A DNA stretch of 64,000 nt from an uncultured Methanoregulaceae archaeon (GCA_963717525.1 OY970343.1:1856001-1920000); one strand, 5' to 3'; shown: positions 45,985-57,873, counted from the stretch's first letter. The notes: a model not told the origin generated them from the letters alone. Translations and numbers: made by a program.

Positions 45985-47035
45985 ACACGAGTTCCTCCCG
46001 GAGGTGTTCGACAGGGAAATCCGCGGTCTTGCAACGCGAGATGACCCGGATATTGGTGATCTCGTTGTACTTTGCCCAAAAGTACCCGATCATGGAGGCA
46101 ACGCTCAGCGGGTCTCCCGAAAAGGAGCGGGTGCCCTGCATGACAAGGTAACGTTCCAGTTCTTTTTCGATGACTGATATTTTCTGGACCTTCACTGCGG
46201 CCTCAGAGGTGGCGGAGAGGAACTGGTACCGGGAGTCAGCCATCCCTGCAAGGACATCCCCGATCGTGTGCAGGGCAAGCAGGCGGGCAAGCTTTTTGAG
46301 GTCATATTCCAGCCCCCCCGCGATGAGGAAACGCTCTGCCTCGACCGGATCGATGTGGTCCCGGATCATCCGCAGGACCGTCTTGATGTTGACGACATCG
46401 ATCTCTATGGCAAGAATATGCCGGATCAGGGCGTTGTTGGGATCAGGACCCTTGACCGCACGGAGCGCCTCCTCGTAATAATACTGGTCGAGCGCACATT
46501 CGAGCCTGCTGATATCGCCTTTCTGCGCAAACTCCGGGAATGCGGTGGTCAGGGGCTTTGCCCACGGGATGCGCCACGTAGCAAGCAGGTCGATCACAGC
46601 CTTGGGATCCTGCTGCCGCACGAGCTCGGTCAGGGCCGCCTCGTCAAGTTCGCCCGCGGGCACGAGGCACTCGAGGATCTCCTCGTTTGTCACATGGATA
46701 TTTTTCCCGCGCAGGATCGTCTTGATGTTCTGGACATCCCAGCGGTGAAGGAAGATCCTGATGTACCGTTCGGCTTCCTCTTTCTCTGCAAAGGCGAGGA
46801 TTTTCCGGAATGTCCGGACAAAATTTGTGCGAAGGGCATACTCTATGCAGGGCATGCCGGCATATCTGCCCCGGGCATCAATAATGTCGTCGCGATACGG
46901 TGTCTTCTCAAGCTCACCTATCAGGGATTCAAGGTCGGGCTGGAGGATCAGGTTATCGAGCATGCGGTGATCCAGCAGGCGGCTCTTCATTCCCCGAATC
47001 CGGGCATTGATGTATCCCCAGTCCATGTCAGTCAC
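45977..47035 (-). CDS. atpC: A/V-type ATP synthase subunit C
   Basis: YINARIRGMKSRLL, DVQNIKTILRGK, EIDVVNIK and EITNIR. Confidence 0.92.
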   Translation of the reverse strand: MTDMDWGYINARIRGMKSRLLDHRMLDNLILQPDLESLIGELEKTPYRDDIIDARGRYAGMPCIEYALRTNFVRTFRKILAFAEKEEAERYIRIFLHRWDVQNIKTILRGKNIHVTNEEILECLVPAGELDEAALTELVRQQDPKAVIDLLATWRIPWAKPLTTAFPEFAQKGDISRLECALDQYYYEEALRAVKGPDPNNALIRHILAIEIDVVNIKTVLRMIRDHIDPVEAERFLIAGGLEYDLKKLARLLALHTIGDVLAGMADSRYQFLSATSEAAVKVQKISVIEKELERYLVMQGTRSFSGDPLSVASMIGYFWAKYNEITNIRVISRCKTADFPVEHLREELVYV

Positions 47036-47613
47036 CCAACAAGCGTGGCGTGGATCTCACGTCTCTTGTGCTCCCTTACCCGCTCAAGCCGGGACTCAAT
47101 CGTGTTGGAGATGGTAATATGCCCGTCCGGGGAACTTGCGGACAGGCCGCCCATGCAAGGAAGATCGGTGCGGATCTCGCAGGACACCTTCATCGCCTCC
47201 AGCATCTTTGTGCAGAGGTCAAAGTCCCGGGGATCGACATGGATGACAAACGGACCCTCGCCAGTCGCGCTGATTGTCTCCTCAAGAAGGCGCCTGAAGA
47301 TACCCGGGTACTTCCCGTCCTGCCGCACGACAGCGAGGCGCTGCCCGGCCATCTCAAAGGCGGTCTCAAACATCTTCTCCCGGGTCATGAGCGCCTGCTC
47401 CTTGATTTTGCCTTTAGCGAGGAAAAGCTGCTTGTTCCTTTCGATATCAGCAGCATTTTCGGCTTCTCTTACGGTGCGCTCCACAACCTCTTCAGCCAGT
47501 TTCTTTGCTTCCCGCCGGATGGCATCTGCCTGTTTTTGCGCATTCTCCCTGAGCTCCCGCTCTTTTTCCTCTGCGCTCTCTTCTACGGATTTTAAAAGAT
47601 TTTCATAGGCCAT
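47032..47613 (-). CDS. atpE: A/V-type ATP synthase subunit E
   Basis: N-terminal coiled coil; MGGL...SPDGHITISNTIESRL. Confidence 0.88.
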   Translation of the reverse strand: MAYENLLKSVEESAEEKERELRENAQKQADAIRREAKKLAEEVVERTVREAENAADIERNKQLFLAKGKIKEQALMTREKMFETAFEMAGQRLAVVRQDGKYPGIFRRLLEETISATGEGPFVIHVDPRDFDLCTKMLEAMKVSCEIRTDLPCMGGLSASSPDGHITISNTIESRLERVREHKRREIHATLVG

Positions 47614-47770
47614 GGCAACATCGACCTTCTGTTATGCAGCCGGTAAACAGCTGCCTGATGCTCCCCGTACCCGGGTATCACGGTCCCATGAGGGGAAAGA
47701 AGAATGGTGCACGGGAAACACGGTGTTTTTGTGGTTGTCCCCCTGCACATGCTCTGTGACGTCCGGGTTT

Positions 47771-47989
47771 TCAGGTAACCATCAGGATGATCATCGCGGC
47801 CACGACAAAACCGAGGATGACCAGCGTCTCGGGTATGGCCTCGAGGATGATGATCGATCCCACCGTTTCTGGCCGTTCAGCGATCGCTCCCGCCCCTGCT
47901 GCGCCAATCCGGGACTGCGCCCACCCGGTGCCTATGGCGCCACCGGCAAATGCGATGGCAGCTCCAATCGGGACTTCCCAACCAACCAT
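47771..47989 (-). CDS. atpK: A/V-type ATP synthase subunit K (c), single hairpin
   Basis: Two TM helices; AQSRIGAAGAGAIAERPE...EAIPET; GGAGGT RBS. Confidence 0.93.
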   Translation of the reverse strand: MVGWEVPIGAAIAFAGGAIGTGWAQSRIGAAGAGAIAERPETVGSIIILEAIPETLVILGFVVAAMIILMVT

Positions 47990-48083
47990 ATCTATACCTC
48001 CCTCTGATAGAACCTAACCGAGTGCTGATATATTAAGGTATTGCGCATTCATCCGATGGAAGGCCTATTCCACCCGGATTCCG

Positions 48084-48428
48084 TTATTGCGTGGGAGGGG
48101 TGCTCCGTGTATGGGAAAGGATCTCATCCATCTTTTCCAGGGTCGCACAGGGCAGCGCATGCCCCTTCCTCCCTGCCCAGAGAGCAAGGAGATCCCGGAT
48201 ATTCTGGTGCGTGAGTGTCGAGAAGGTGTACCGCTCCCACTTCTCCCGTTCGAGGCACCCCCAGAGTTCGCCGAGAATCTCCCGGAGCAGCATGCAGTCC
48301 TCCCCGCAGAGGGCCGGCCAGTTGACTGCTGAAGCGCGCCGTATCTTCTCTATTGCCTCTTCAACCGCCTGTTCCTTTCCCAGCTGGAACCGCCGCCGGC
48401 CCAGCTCATCTTCACTGGTACGGGTCAT
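48084..48428 (-). CDS. Hypothetical protein X1 (paralogue of 48601-48930)
   Basis: Gapless similarity to X2; upstream of and co-directional with atpK. Confidence 0.7.
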   Translation of the reverse strand: MTRTSEDELGRRRFQLGKEQAVEEAIEKIRRASAVNWPALCGEDCMLLREILGELWGCLEREKWERYTFSTLTHQNIRDLLALWAGRKGHALPCATLEKMDEILSHTRSTPPTQ

Positions 48429-48600
48429 AAGTGTGGTGTATCGGAATTATTCTGTTCCTCTTTATAGTATTTTCTATTGCCCGGAGGAAGCCCGAAAGGG
48501 AGAAACGTTTTTCCTTTTGTGCCATACAATCACCGCAAAGTATATGGCTGCACAACTGGATTCACTCTTCATTCCCCTCAATGGGGTGGGAGGAACACCT

Positions 48601-48930
48601 ATGCCGGAAGCAACCCAGGCCGAGGTGGGAAGGCGGTTGTACCACGTCCACCGAGAAAAGAAAGTCGAACATGCGATCAAGCTGATGCAGCAGGGGGCGG
48701 GCCCCGAATGGAAGTCATTCTCCGAGGAGGACATCCTTCTTTTGTCACACCTGATGCAGTGCACCTGGAATGTCATCGACCAGGATCGCTGGGAGAAGAT
48801 CCCCTTTGGCAGCGTAACGGCTGGTGAGATCCGGCAGATCCTTTCGTATGGAGAGGGGGTCAGGCCGGGACGAAATCCGAAATCCGAATCCGTTGAGACG
48901 ATCAAAAAGATCCTGCTGGGACTCTCCTGA
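48601..48930 (+). CDS. Hypothetical protein X2 (paralogue of 48084-48428)
   Basis: GGAGGA RBS before ATG 48601; gapless similarity to X1. Confidence 0.72.
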   Translation: MPEATQAEVGRRLYHVHREKKVEHAIKLMQQGAGPEWKSFSEEDILLLSHLMQCTWNVIDQDRWEKIPFGSVTAGEIRQILSYGEGVRPGRNPKSESVETIKKILLGLS

Positions 48931-49037
48931 ATCTTTTTCTTTTTCCGCCGTTTACACTCTTTCCCTCAGAGGGGAGCAGGTGCGGAAGATCGTGGGAGGG
49001 GTTGCTGTTTTAAGGCCCGGGAAGCACTACGGCAGTG

Positions 49038-50202
49038 TTACTCCGTTGCCACCCGTATGCAGTCCTCAATCGTCCCGATACGGGCCTGCCCGCCGCACAT
49101 ATTGGGCACATAGGCAAGGGCCTTGCCGGAGTTCACCATGATCGAATGGTACCTGCTCCATCGCCGGTGAGACGACCATGCAGGTGTCCGCAAAGACCCG
49201 GGCCCCGCTCTTTTCGATGGAATCGACTACTTTCACGTTCCGGTCGATCACACCCTTTGCAGCAAAGACGTAAAGGGGTTTTGTCACGACTTTCCCGGCA
49301 AGGAGCCGGGCGATCTCGGCAAGTTCCGCGGGAGAGCAGTGCGGGCAGCCAACCGCAACGGCATCGACAGGGAGCTCCAAAAAGAGGCGGGATATCTCTG
49401 ATTGTTCGACCGAAATGACATCGAGTCCGGAAAGGTCGTAACGATTTTTCTGTACCTCCGGGGTCGTTTCCTCGACATGGTAGAGCGCAACTGCGCCGGT
49501 CGCCGCCATCGCAGCACCGATCGCCTTGAGCTGGTCGGGTTCCGGCCGGATCCCGCGGAAGAAGGGAACCCTGTTACCCACGAGTTTTCCCGCATGGAAC
49601 CCCAGCGCCCCGAACTCGGCGATGCCCCAGCCGGAGGTGTTGGCCCGGACATCGATTACCATCTGAGGCACGCGGTTTTTGGCAAGGTGCAGGCCATAGC
49701 AGGGAGTCTTTCCCACAAGCGCCGCGGCAAGGGCGCTTGGACCGCCCTCCCGGTTGGTCCGGGCCCCAAGAACAGAGTTCGCGTAGCTGACCGCTGACGA
49801 TTCCGACCATGCGAGGTGATCGCCATACCGGGTCTCGTGCAGGTAATAGGGGGTGCAGGTACAGTCAAGAAGGACCCCCAGACGCTCATACGCGGCGACC
49901 ACGGCCTGCTGATTTTTGGCAAAATCCGGATCGATCCCCATCTCCTCCCACCGGGTCCGGGGCATGCCGATCGGGTTGAGCACGGCCGGAACCACTGCCT
50001 TTGCATCGAGGCTTGCGAGCCATTCAAGACCGTATTTCCCGATCGTCTTGTAGGACGCGCCGCTGACCTGCGCACTCCTGATCGGGACGAGTTTCTCTGC
50101 GCCAAACACTTTCCCGAGGGCAACGAGCAGCTCGAGCATCTTCTGCCGGGTCTCTCCCTGCTCGCCGGCAAGGATCCGCTCGTCTTCCGGGTCGAGCTGC
50201 AT
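49038..50202 (-). CDS. Aconitase X catalytic subunit (phosphomevalonate dehydratase large subunit; frameshift ~49150)
   Basis: QVSGASYKTIG, CTCTPY, WSESSA..YANSVLGARTNREG, GCPH, DTCMVVSP and NSGKA. Confidence 0.85.
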
Positions 50203-50207
50203 GCCGG

Positions 50208-51448
50208 TCACCATGTGGCACGCCGGAACTCGTCTTCGTGGCCCAGCACCATGGTCGCATCGACCCCGATTTTGACATTGGTACCATCCTCTTTCTGGCA
50301 GGGGTCAAGCGATGATCCCCTGACACCGGTTACCACCATGACGTCCCGGTCACCACTCACCCGGGTCGCAATCGCATACTCGACTTCAACAGGATCCGTC
50401 GGATCGATATCTTCGTCCACGACAACCACATGTTTGAGCGAAGTATGTGCAGCAAAGGCTGCCATGATCGCGTTCTTCCCGTCACCCTGCGTGCTCTTTT
50501 TGATCTGGATAACCGCGTGGAGGTAACCGCACCCGCCCTTGGTGAGCACAACGTTTTTCACCTCGGTCACACCGGCAACGGCCCGGTAGATCTTGGGCTC
50601 ATAGGGGCACCCCATCAGGATCTTGTGCTCGTCGCCCCCGGGGAGGATGCTGTGGTAGATGAAACCGGATTTCGTGTACATGCCGGTGAACTCGATCACC
50701 GGCTGGCGCCGGACCGGGTCGTAGGTGCCCGTTATATCAACAAACGGCCCTTCATCCGTGACATCCGCACCGATATACCCTTCAAGGACGATCTCCGCGT
50801 CGGCAGGGACAAGGACACCGTTACTGCACTCCCTGACCCGTATCGTACCACCGAGCAGTTCTGCTGCATAGGACAGTTCCTTCCCGGCCGGGACCGGGTG
50901 CAGCTTGCAAACGTCACTGCCGGGTGCATGCCGATGGCCACCGCGATTGGCAGGCGCTCATTGCAGGCCAGCGCTTTTTTGAGCATCACATGGGTATGCC
51001 GCCCTTCCACGAGCCGGGCAGCGACCCGGTGGTCGTCAAGGACGAGCATGCGGTGGATGGACGCGTTCTCCAGGCCGTCCCACTTCGAGAAGACAATACC
51101 GGCCGTGAAGTATCTGCCGGCATCTTTGGGGAAAAAGTGCATGACCGGGATACGGGTAAGATCCGGCTTCATCATTACAAATTTCCCTTCGCTGACGATC
51201 TTCCCGTCAAATGCGGCGTCTGCGAGTTTGTGCACCATTTCTTTCTCGTTCACGCCAAGCGCAAGCGCAAGCGCACGCCGGTCAGCGGTCACGTTCATGA
51301 CCGCCCGTGCCCCGCCCATGTTGTGGAAGAACAGGATCTTGTCCGTTGCTGCCGCCTGCTGTGCAGCCTTCATATCATCAGGAGAGCATGGTTCCGTTAT
51401 ATCGACAACGAGCCCCTCTTTGCGCATCTTTTCAATAAACTCACGCAT
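50208..51448 (-). CDS. UbiD-family decarboxylase (likely anhydromevalonate-phosphate decarboxylase; frameshift ~50890)
   Basis: NASIHR, RLVEGRH, EGPFVDITGTYD, VVVDEDID and GSSLDP. Confidence 0.85.
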
Positions 51449-51995
51449 CGTAACCACTCCAGCGTTCCGAGAGTGTATGGGTCACCCCGAGGTGATCGAG
51501 TACCCGGGCAACCACCATATCCACAAGATCGTCGATCTTCTCCGGGTGGTGGTAGAACCCGGGACTCGCCGGCATGATGGTTGCGCCGGCTTCGTGCGCC
51601 GCAAGCATGTTCTTTAAGTGGACCTGCGAGAGTGGCATCTCGCGGGTGACAAGGATGCATTTCCGGCGTTCCTTCAGGCAGACATCGGCGGTCCTTGTGA
51701 TCAGGTTGTCCGCGTAACCGGAAGCGATCGCAGAGAGAGTCTTTGCACTGCAGGGGACGATGACCATCCCGTCGTGCCGGTGGGATCCACTCGCAATTTC
51801 GGCGCCTATTGTCCCGACATCGTGATAGGTCGCGTGAAAACCGGAAAGGTCGACCCTTTCATGGCGTGCGATCTCCTGCGCGACCTCAGAGATGATCAGA
51901 TGCACGTGGGCATCCTGGCACAGAACCTCGAGCAGGCGCCGGGCATAGCAGATCCCGCTTGCACCGGTCACTCCGACCACATATTCCTTTTTCAT
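51441..51995 (-). CDS. ubiX: Flavin prenyltransferase
   Basis: VGVTGASG, IASGS, PCSAKTL, RTADVCLKERR, REMP and PASPGFY. Confidence 0.93.
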   Translation of the reverse strand: MKKEYVVGVTGASGICYARRLLEVLCQDAHVHLIISEVAQEIARHERVDLSGFHATYHDVGTIGAEIASGSHRHDGMVIVPCSAKTLSAIASGYADNLITRTADVCLKERRKCILVTREMPLSQVHLKNMLAAHEAGATIMPASPGFYHHPEKIDDLVDMVVARVLDHLGVTHTLSERWSGYDA

Positions 51996-52093
51996 TGTCA
52001 CGCCTCCACGCTCTCCAGTGGTACCAATGTCGGAGCCCCTAGGTAAAAAGAGTTTATGCGAAAACTGGCCCACAAACCGGGGCAAAAGAGGAT

Positions 52094-52546
52094 CTATTTC
52101 CGGACCGGGCCAAAGAAACGGTACCGCACCTTGGACTCCTCGACACGGCGGGCGTGGGACGGGTTGAGATCCCGACGGGCTTCGATGACGAGAGTGTTGA
52201 GGATATTATGGAGCCTGAGAGTGTCAAAGTCCTTTTCCTTGTGCTCGTTGAGGAAATCGAGAAGGTCGCTCACGCTCTTGAGGACACCGGAGCTGGCGAT
52301 GAGGTTGAGCCTGTTGAGGGTCAGTGCCAGATTCTTTTTTGCGATATCCATCTTGTAGCTGTCACTCCCGGCGAGGTTGATCTCGGTCACGGCATTGAGC
52401 AGGTCCGTGTACACACGGAGTTTGTAGCTGCTCTCATGCATCTTGCGCTCAGCGGAGCGGAGCCTGATGAAAGTGAGCGCAAGTACGGCAATAACGATGA
52501 TGACACCGCAGGTAATGACAAATACGTCGCTTGTGATATCAGCCAA
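52094..52546 (-). CDS. Membrane-anchored helical hypothetical protein
   Basis: N-terminal TM helix plus a soluble helical domain; TTG start. Confidence 0.65.
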   Translation of the reverse strand: MADITSDVFVITCGVIIVIAVLALTFIRLRSAERKMHESSYKLRVYTDLLNAVTEINLAGSDSYKMDIAKKNLALTLNRLNLIASSGVLKSVSDLLDFLNEHKEKDFDTLRLHNILNTLVIEARRDLNPSHARRVEESKVRYRFFGPVRK

Positions 52547-52557
52547 TTCATTTCACC

Positions 52558-53037
52558 TCAGGGAAGTCGCTTTGCCATAGTCAGATCCACCTTGACAAGT
52601 GTCCCCGTCATGGCAAACTGGTAGAGTCCCGGCGTATACATGGGATATTGCTGGTATGTATCATTAATATATGTCCAGGTAAATGTCTGGTTTTTCTGGG
52701 TATCGAGGTTGGTCACGGTCATTGCAAACCAGCAGTTCTGTGGGTTGTCACTGAGGGGCAGAACGGTATACACGATCGCCCATGAGGGGTCATCTATCCG
52801 GATCTGCTCGTTAAACGTGATGTTCTGGCCGGAGAAGGAATAGGATTTATAGAGATATTGAGCGCCAAGGGACAGGTTTGGCTGGGTCATCGTCACCGCG
52901 GTTGTGGTAACGGCCGCCGCTGCGGTCGGGATCGGGGTAACCGGCAGGCCCGGCCCTGCAGGGCTGTTGCCAGTGCACCCTGCACACAAGACGCCGAAGA
53001 GAACGAGAAGCATGCAGGGCATCGGGAAGAGTTTCAT
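52558..53037 (-). CDS. Putative lipoprotein
   Basis: LCAGCTG lipobox-like signal followed by a Pro/Thr linker. Confidence 0.65.
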   Translation of the reverse strand: MKLFPMPCMLLVLFGVLCAGCTGNSPAGPGLPVTPIPTAAAAVTTTAVTMTQPNLSLGAQYLYKSYSFSGQNITFNEQIRIDDPSWAIVYTVLPLSDNPQNCWFAMTVTNLDTQKNQTFTWTYINDTYQQYPMYTPGLYQFAMTGTLVKVDLTMAKRLP

Positions 53038-53109
53038 CTGCGGATAATGTTGAGAACATAGACTATTAGAGTTTATTATTCGCATGAAGGACCACCGGGG
53101 AATCGGCGA

Positions 53110-54317
53110 TCAAAAGAGGGTATCCTGGCGGGTGGGCTTTTTTATGTGCAGGATCTCTGCTGCGGCATCGGCCACGGCATCGCGGTACCCGGGGAGCGTA
53201 TATATGCCCAGCCGCCACTGCTCGCGCCGGGTCTGGTTGAGGGTCTGCAGGCTGGGAGAGAGTTCGGCAAACCCCACAACGGCGTGCCGGTTTTTCACCT
53301 GGACCTCGAGTGACATCTCCCCGGGGATCGGAGGGATGTCCACCAGTACGTCGCTCGGCTGGCACCCGGCTCTGCCGGCAATCTCTCCTGCGACCTCCCG
53401 CGCACGTTCCACCGGCCAGCCGGCCTGGAATGCTGCTGCATTGACCTGATCCTGCCCGGCATAGACGGCCCTTTTGTAGAGCCGTCTTTTGTAGAGCCAG
53501 CCGGCCATTTTCCGTGCAAGAGGGCTTTTGGAATTTTTGAGTTCGTGCATGCATTCCCCGTCATCGAGTGCACAGATATGCTCAAGGCCGCCGGCCGGGC
53601 CGGTCGCCATATGAGCAAGCACCGCCAGCTGGAACATGCACTCACCAATCCGGCTCGACGTGGTGGTAGTAGACACTCGGGCGCATCAGCGTCCGTGCGA
53701 TGAGGAGCGATTCTGCAGCACTAACGCCGTTTTCGTCAAGTACCGATTCCTTCCGGGGTCAGGTGGATATTCCTGATGAGTCGGTGGGCGTCCACCGTGC
53801 CGTACGGGGCGCCAGTGTAGTACGCGTCCCGGAGCAGGTAGTCCATCCGGTCCACATCGAGATCGCCGTGGATAATCCCCGAGAGCCGGTGGCTTCCCTT
53901 GACGATTGCGCAGACCTCAGACGGGTTTATTCCCAGCGGTTCTAAAAGCGCCCCGAACTGCTCCTCGGCGATCCCCGCGATATCATCGTGGGTGCGGCCG
54001 AGGCGGGCTTCCATGAGGGGCTCGCTCGCGTGGGAGAACGGCCCGTGCCCCACATCATGGAGAAGCGCGGCGATCATCACCAGCAGGCGGTCTTCATCCG
54101 CAAGACCGAACTGCCGGGAGGCGACCCCGGCCAGGTGCATCGTACCCACAGAATGTTCAAAACGCGTATGGTTGGCCCCGGGATACACAAGGTACGAGAA
54201 CCCGAGCTGGCGGATATAGCGGAGACGCTGGATGGCCGGTGCATCCAGAATCGGCAGGATTTCCTCATCCACTTCCACATAGCCATGGACCGGATCCTTG
54301 ATGATCTTGGGACTCAC
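53110..54317 (-). CDS. HD-domain phosphohydrolase (SAMHD1/dNTPase-like; frameshifts ~53745 and ~53658)
   Basis: DPVHG, QRLRYIRQLG, HTRFEHS, LLHDVGHGPFSH, DVDRMDYLLRD and VYYH. Confidence 0.88.
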
Positions 54318-54358
54318 TCTAAAGAATCTTCTTATACATCGCATAAAAGTATTGAGTA

Positions 54359-55261
54359 ATGATTACGTTCCTTTCGGGCGGGACCGGCACTCCCAAGCTG
54401 CTGCGCGGGATGCAGAAGGTGATGGACCGGCATGAGATCTCTGTTGTGGTCAACACGGCCGAGGACATCTGGATATCCGGCAACCACATATCGCCGGATG
54501 TCGACACGGTCATGTACCTTTTTGCCGGTGTACTCAACACCGACACTTGGTGGGGGATACGAAACGATACGTTCACCACCCACGATGAGATCCTCCACAT
54601 GGGCCTCGGAGAGTACATCGCGATCGGCGACCGGGACCGGGCGGTACATATCGCGCGGGGGAACATGCTCCGGGAAGGGACCCGATTAACGAACGCCACC
54701 CGGACCCTCTGCGACCGTTTCGGTGTCCGGGAGAATGTGCTCCCGATGTCTGACACCGAAGTCACGACACGGGTAAAAACAGAGCTGGGCCTGATCCATT
54801 ACCAGGAGTACTGGATCAGGTCCAAAGGCCAGATCCCGATCGAAGATGTCGTGCGCTGCTCAAAGACACCCCCTGAGAGCACCGAGGAGGTAATCCAGGC
54901 GGTCGAGGCAAGCGATGTGGTGGTCATCGGCCCTTCAAACCCGATCACGAGCATCACCCCGATTCTTGAGTGCAGGGGAATCAAAGAGGCCATGGCGGAC
55001 AAGTTCGTCATTGCCGTGAGCCCGTTTATCGGGGATGCCCCGGTGAGCGGGCCGGCAGCCGCCCTTATGAAAGCCTCGGGCTTTGAACCAACCTCGGCAG
55101 GCACTGCAGCGTGTTACAAGGACATCGTCGATCTTTTTGTCCATGATATCCGTGATCCGATCGAGGTAAAAGACGCTATCCGCCTCGATACGCTGATGAC
55201 CGGGGAAGAAAAAAGTATCGAACTTGCAGAACATATCCTGTCCCTGGCAACTAAAAGATAA
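54359..55261 (+). CDS. cofD: 2-phospho-L-lactate transferase (F420 biosynthesis)
   Basis: [29 protein letters not shown] and [10 protein letters not shown]. Confidence 0.95.
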   Translation: MITFLSGGTGTPKLLRGMQKVMDRHEISVVVNTAEDIWISGNHISPDVDTVMYLFAGVLNTDTWWGIRNDTFTTHDEILHMGLGEYIAIGDRDRAVHIARGNMLREGTRLTNATRTLCDRFGVRENVLPMSDTEVTTRVKTELGLIHYQEYWIRSKGQIPIEDVVRCSKTPPESTEEVIQAVEASDVVVIGPSNPITSITPILECRGIKEAMADKFVIAVSPFIGDAPVSGPAAALMKASGFEPTSAGTAACYKDIVDLFVHDIRDPIEVKDAIRLDTLMTGEEKSIELAEHILSLATKR

Positions 55262-55380
55262 GCCATCTTTTGCTCTCTTTCGGAAATGACCCTGTGCATT
55301 CCCGTCATCCCGACCTGCCTCCATTGCACAAGTATTTTAATTGATCATCATGATAACCTCTCCAGTATAAGGAAAACGGA

Positions 55381-56296
55381 ATGAAGCGGCTTCTCATTAT
55401 TTCAGCCTTAATTGCCTGTGTTCTCATCACCGGGTGCACATCGAGTCAGATAGTAGGCAAAGGCACCCTCCAGTTTTCAAGCTCACCGCAGGGCGCCCAG
55501 ATATATCTCGACAACCAATACCAGGGGACAACCCCCAGTACCCTTTCTGGCATATACACCGGAGCACACGCGCTTGAATTCCGTTATCCGGGATACCAGA
55601 GCTGATATTGCCAATATCACAGTCACCACGGGTTCATCGAATTATTATGCCGCGTTGACGCCGCTTGCATCCCAGACCGTCCAGCCCAATCAGGGACAGG
55701 TATCCACGACAACCGCACCGGTATCCCAGCCCACCATAACAATCCAGCAGGGCCAGACGGTTATGACCATCGGCAGCACGCAGACGTTTTCCGGGACATG
55801 CACGGGGAGTGATACCGTCATTTTAGTGCTCTATGGGCCAGGGGCCTATACAAACGGCATGCAGATAGCCCAGGTACCGGTCAGCGCGATCAACACATGG
55901 AGTTATACATGGAACCCGGGGTACAGGATTATCTCCGGCACCTACACCATGATCGCCTTTGATAAGTCAATGATTGCCTCGGCACCAGATACTTTCGGTG
56001 TCGTCGGTGGGGGATCAGTCAGCATTATCGCGAGCTCCAGTATTGTACCTCCGGGAGGGACTGTGACATATTCCGGTCTCTGCACAACGGGTGCGAACAG
56101 CGTGATCCTCACCTTGTACGGTCCGGGACAACTCTCCACCGGTGTACAGGTAGCAACCCTCACGCTCAACGCGGATAATACCTATTCATACAAATACACC
56201 TTCGACCTGTCGCGGCCTCTAGGATCCTATACGATGATGGTGAGCGATCAACAACATACCGCTTCAGCATCGGCAACCATCTCCCTGAGCAGTTGA
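55381..56296 (+). CDS. PEGA-domain lipoprotein (frameshift ~55602)
   Basis: ITGC signal; SSPQGAQIYLD..YQGTTP...GYQ PEGA domain; two repeated SGxCT..V.L.LYGPG beta domains. Confidence 0.75.
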
Positions 56297-56477
56297 CCGT
56301 TCACTCGGCCGGCAGAAGAACGGCATAAAAACCCTTTTTGGGTACATCACATTTCAGGAGGGATCTGAAATCCTGCACGGCATAATTTTACCTTGAATGG
56401 AAATCAGGCCATATTGTGGGCATCCGATACCTATTTGAAGGATTTTATACAAACAATGAACCCGTGGGAGAATATCC

Positions 56478-57666
56478 ATGGCGATCATAAAGAAAATTCT
56501 TAACATTTTCAAGTCCGGGAACCGTGAGGAGGAGGAGGCCCGGCTGCGTGCCCAGCGGGAACGCTATGAAAATTTCCTCAGGGCACTGACCAGCGGCGAT
56601 CTCGATACCCGCTGGAACGCCGTCCGTTCTGTCGGCGATCTCGGGGAGCCGTTCATCGAGCCGCTCATCAATGGCCTCAGGGACGAGTTCTGGATCATCC
56701 GGCGGGGCTCTGCCGATACCCTGGGCAAGATCGGGGCACCTGCGGTCGTACCGCTGATCGGGGCGCTGGCCGATCCGGGCGAAGATGTCCGGCAGGAGAC
56801 TATCCGGGCGCTCCAGCTGATCGGGGAGCCGGCGGTCAACCCGCTGATTCAGGCGCTCAAGCACAACCACCCCTTCATCCGCCGTGGCGCTGTTCAGGCC
56901 CTCGGGATCATGGGAGAGAGCCGTGCGGTGCCAAACCTGATTGATGCCCTGAAAGATGCAGACCCGTGGGTTCGTCACGAAGCCGCGGTAGCACTGGGCA
57001 GGGTTGGCGACCCGCACGCCGTGGCTCCGCTGATCGAGAGCCTCAACGATCCCCTGGAACATGTGCGGATGGCTGCGATGGCAACACTCTGCTCCCTGGG
57101 GCAGGCATCGATCTCGCCCCTAATACAAGCCCTTGTCGACAAGAACGAGGATGTGTCCCGCCGGGCTGCCCTGGCACTGGCCACTATCGGCGAGCACTCG
57201 GTCGAGCCGCTGATCGCTGCCCTGTCGAGCCAGAACCCGGGGATCCGAAAAGAGGCCGCATCCGTCCTTGGCCAGATCGGGAATACCACAGCAATCCCTG
57301 CACTCATCGATACGCTTACAGATCCCGACAGGGCAGTACAGGATAGACGTCGTCAAGGCACTTGCAGCACTTGGCGTGCCGGCGATCGCCCCGCTCATGC
57401 AGGTCTTCCGCGAGGGAGATGTCCGTACACGGACGGGCGCAATGGAGGCACTCTGGATGCTCGGCCAGCCGGCCACCACACCGCTTATCATGGTGCTCAA
57501 GGACGACCAGAGCGATGTGCGAAAACGGGCGGCCCTTCTCCTTGGCGAGATCGGTGACCAGAAGGCTGCAGACCACCTCACCGGCCTCTTGTCGGACGAA
57601 AACGTTTCCGTGCGGCGCGAAGCGTTTGAAGCGCTGGAAATGATCAAGAAGCGGGATCGCCAGTAA
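56478..57666 (+). CDS. HEAT/PBS-lyase repeat protein (frameshift ~57335)
   Basis: Tandem VRxxAAxALGxIGxxAVxPLIxAL repeats. Confidence 0.85.
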
Positions 57667-57873
57667 TCCTCAACTATTTTTTTAGCGCACAGAAATTTCA
57701 TTACTCCCTTGCCGGCTTACCCGGCCCCTTATAACACACATCTTTTATCCGGTGCCTGACCGATTATGAAGGAACCCGCCCGAAGGGACACCCCGGACCA
57801 TTATGATCGGTGACAAAAACAAAAGAGAATACGTAAAACAGGGAAAAATGTACACTAGTGAGGAAGGCAGCAT

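Noticed and set aside
48091..48600. N-terminal 170 codons of the 279-aa ORF 48091-48930
   Set aside because: Antisense to X1; the RBS and the paralogue alignment place the true start at 48601.
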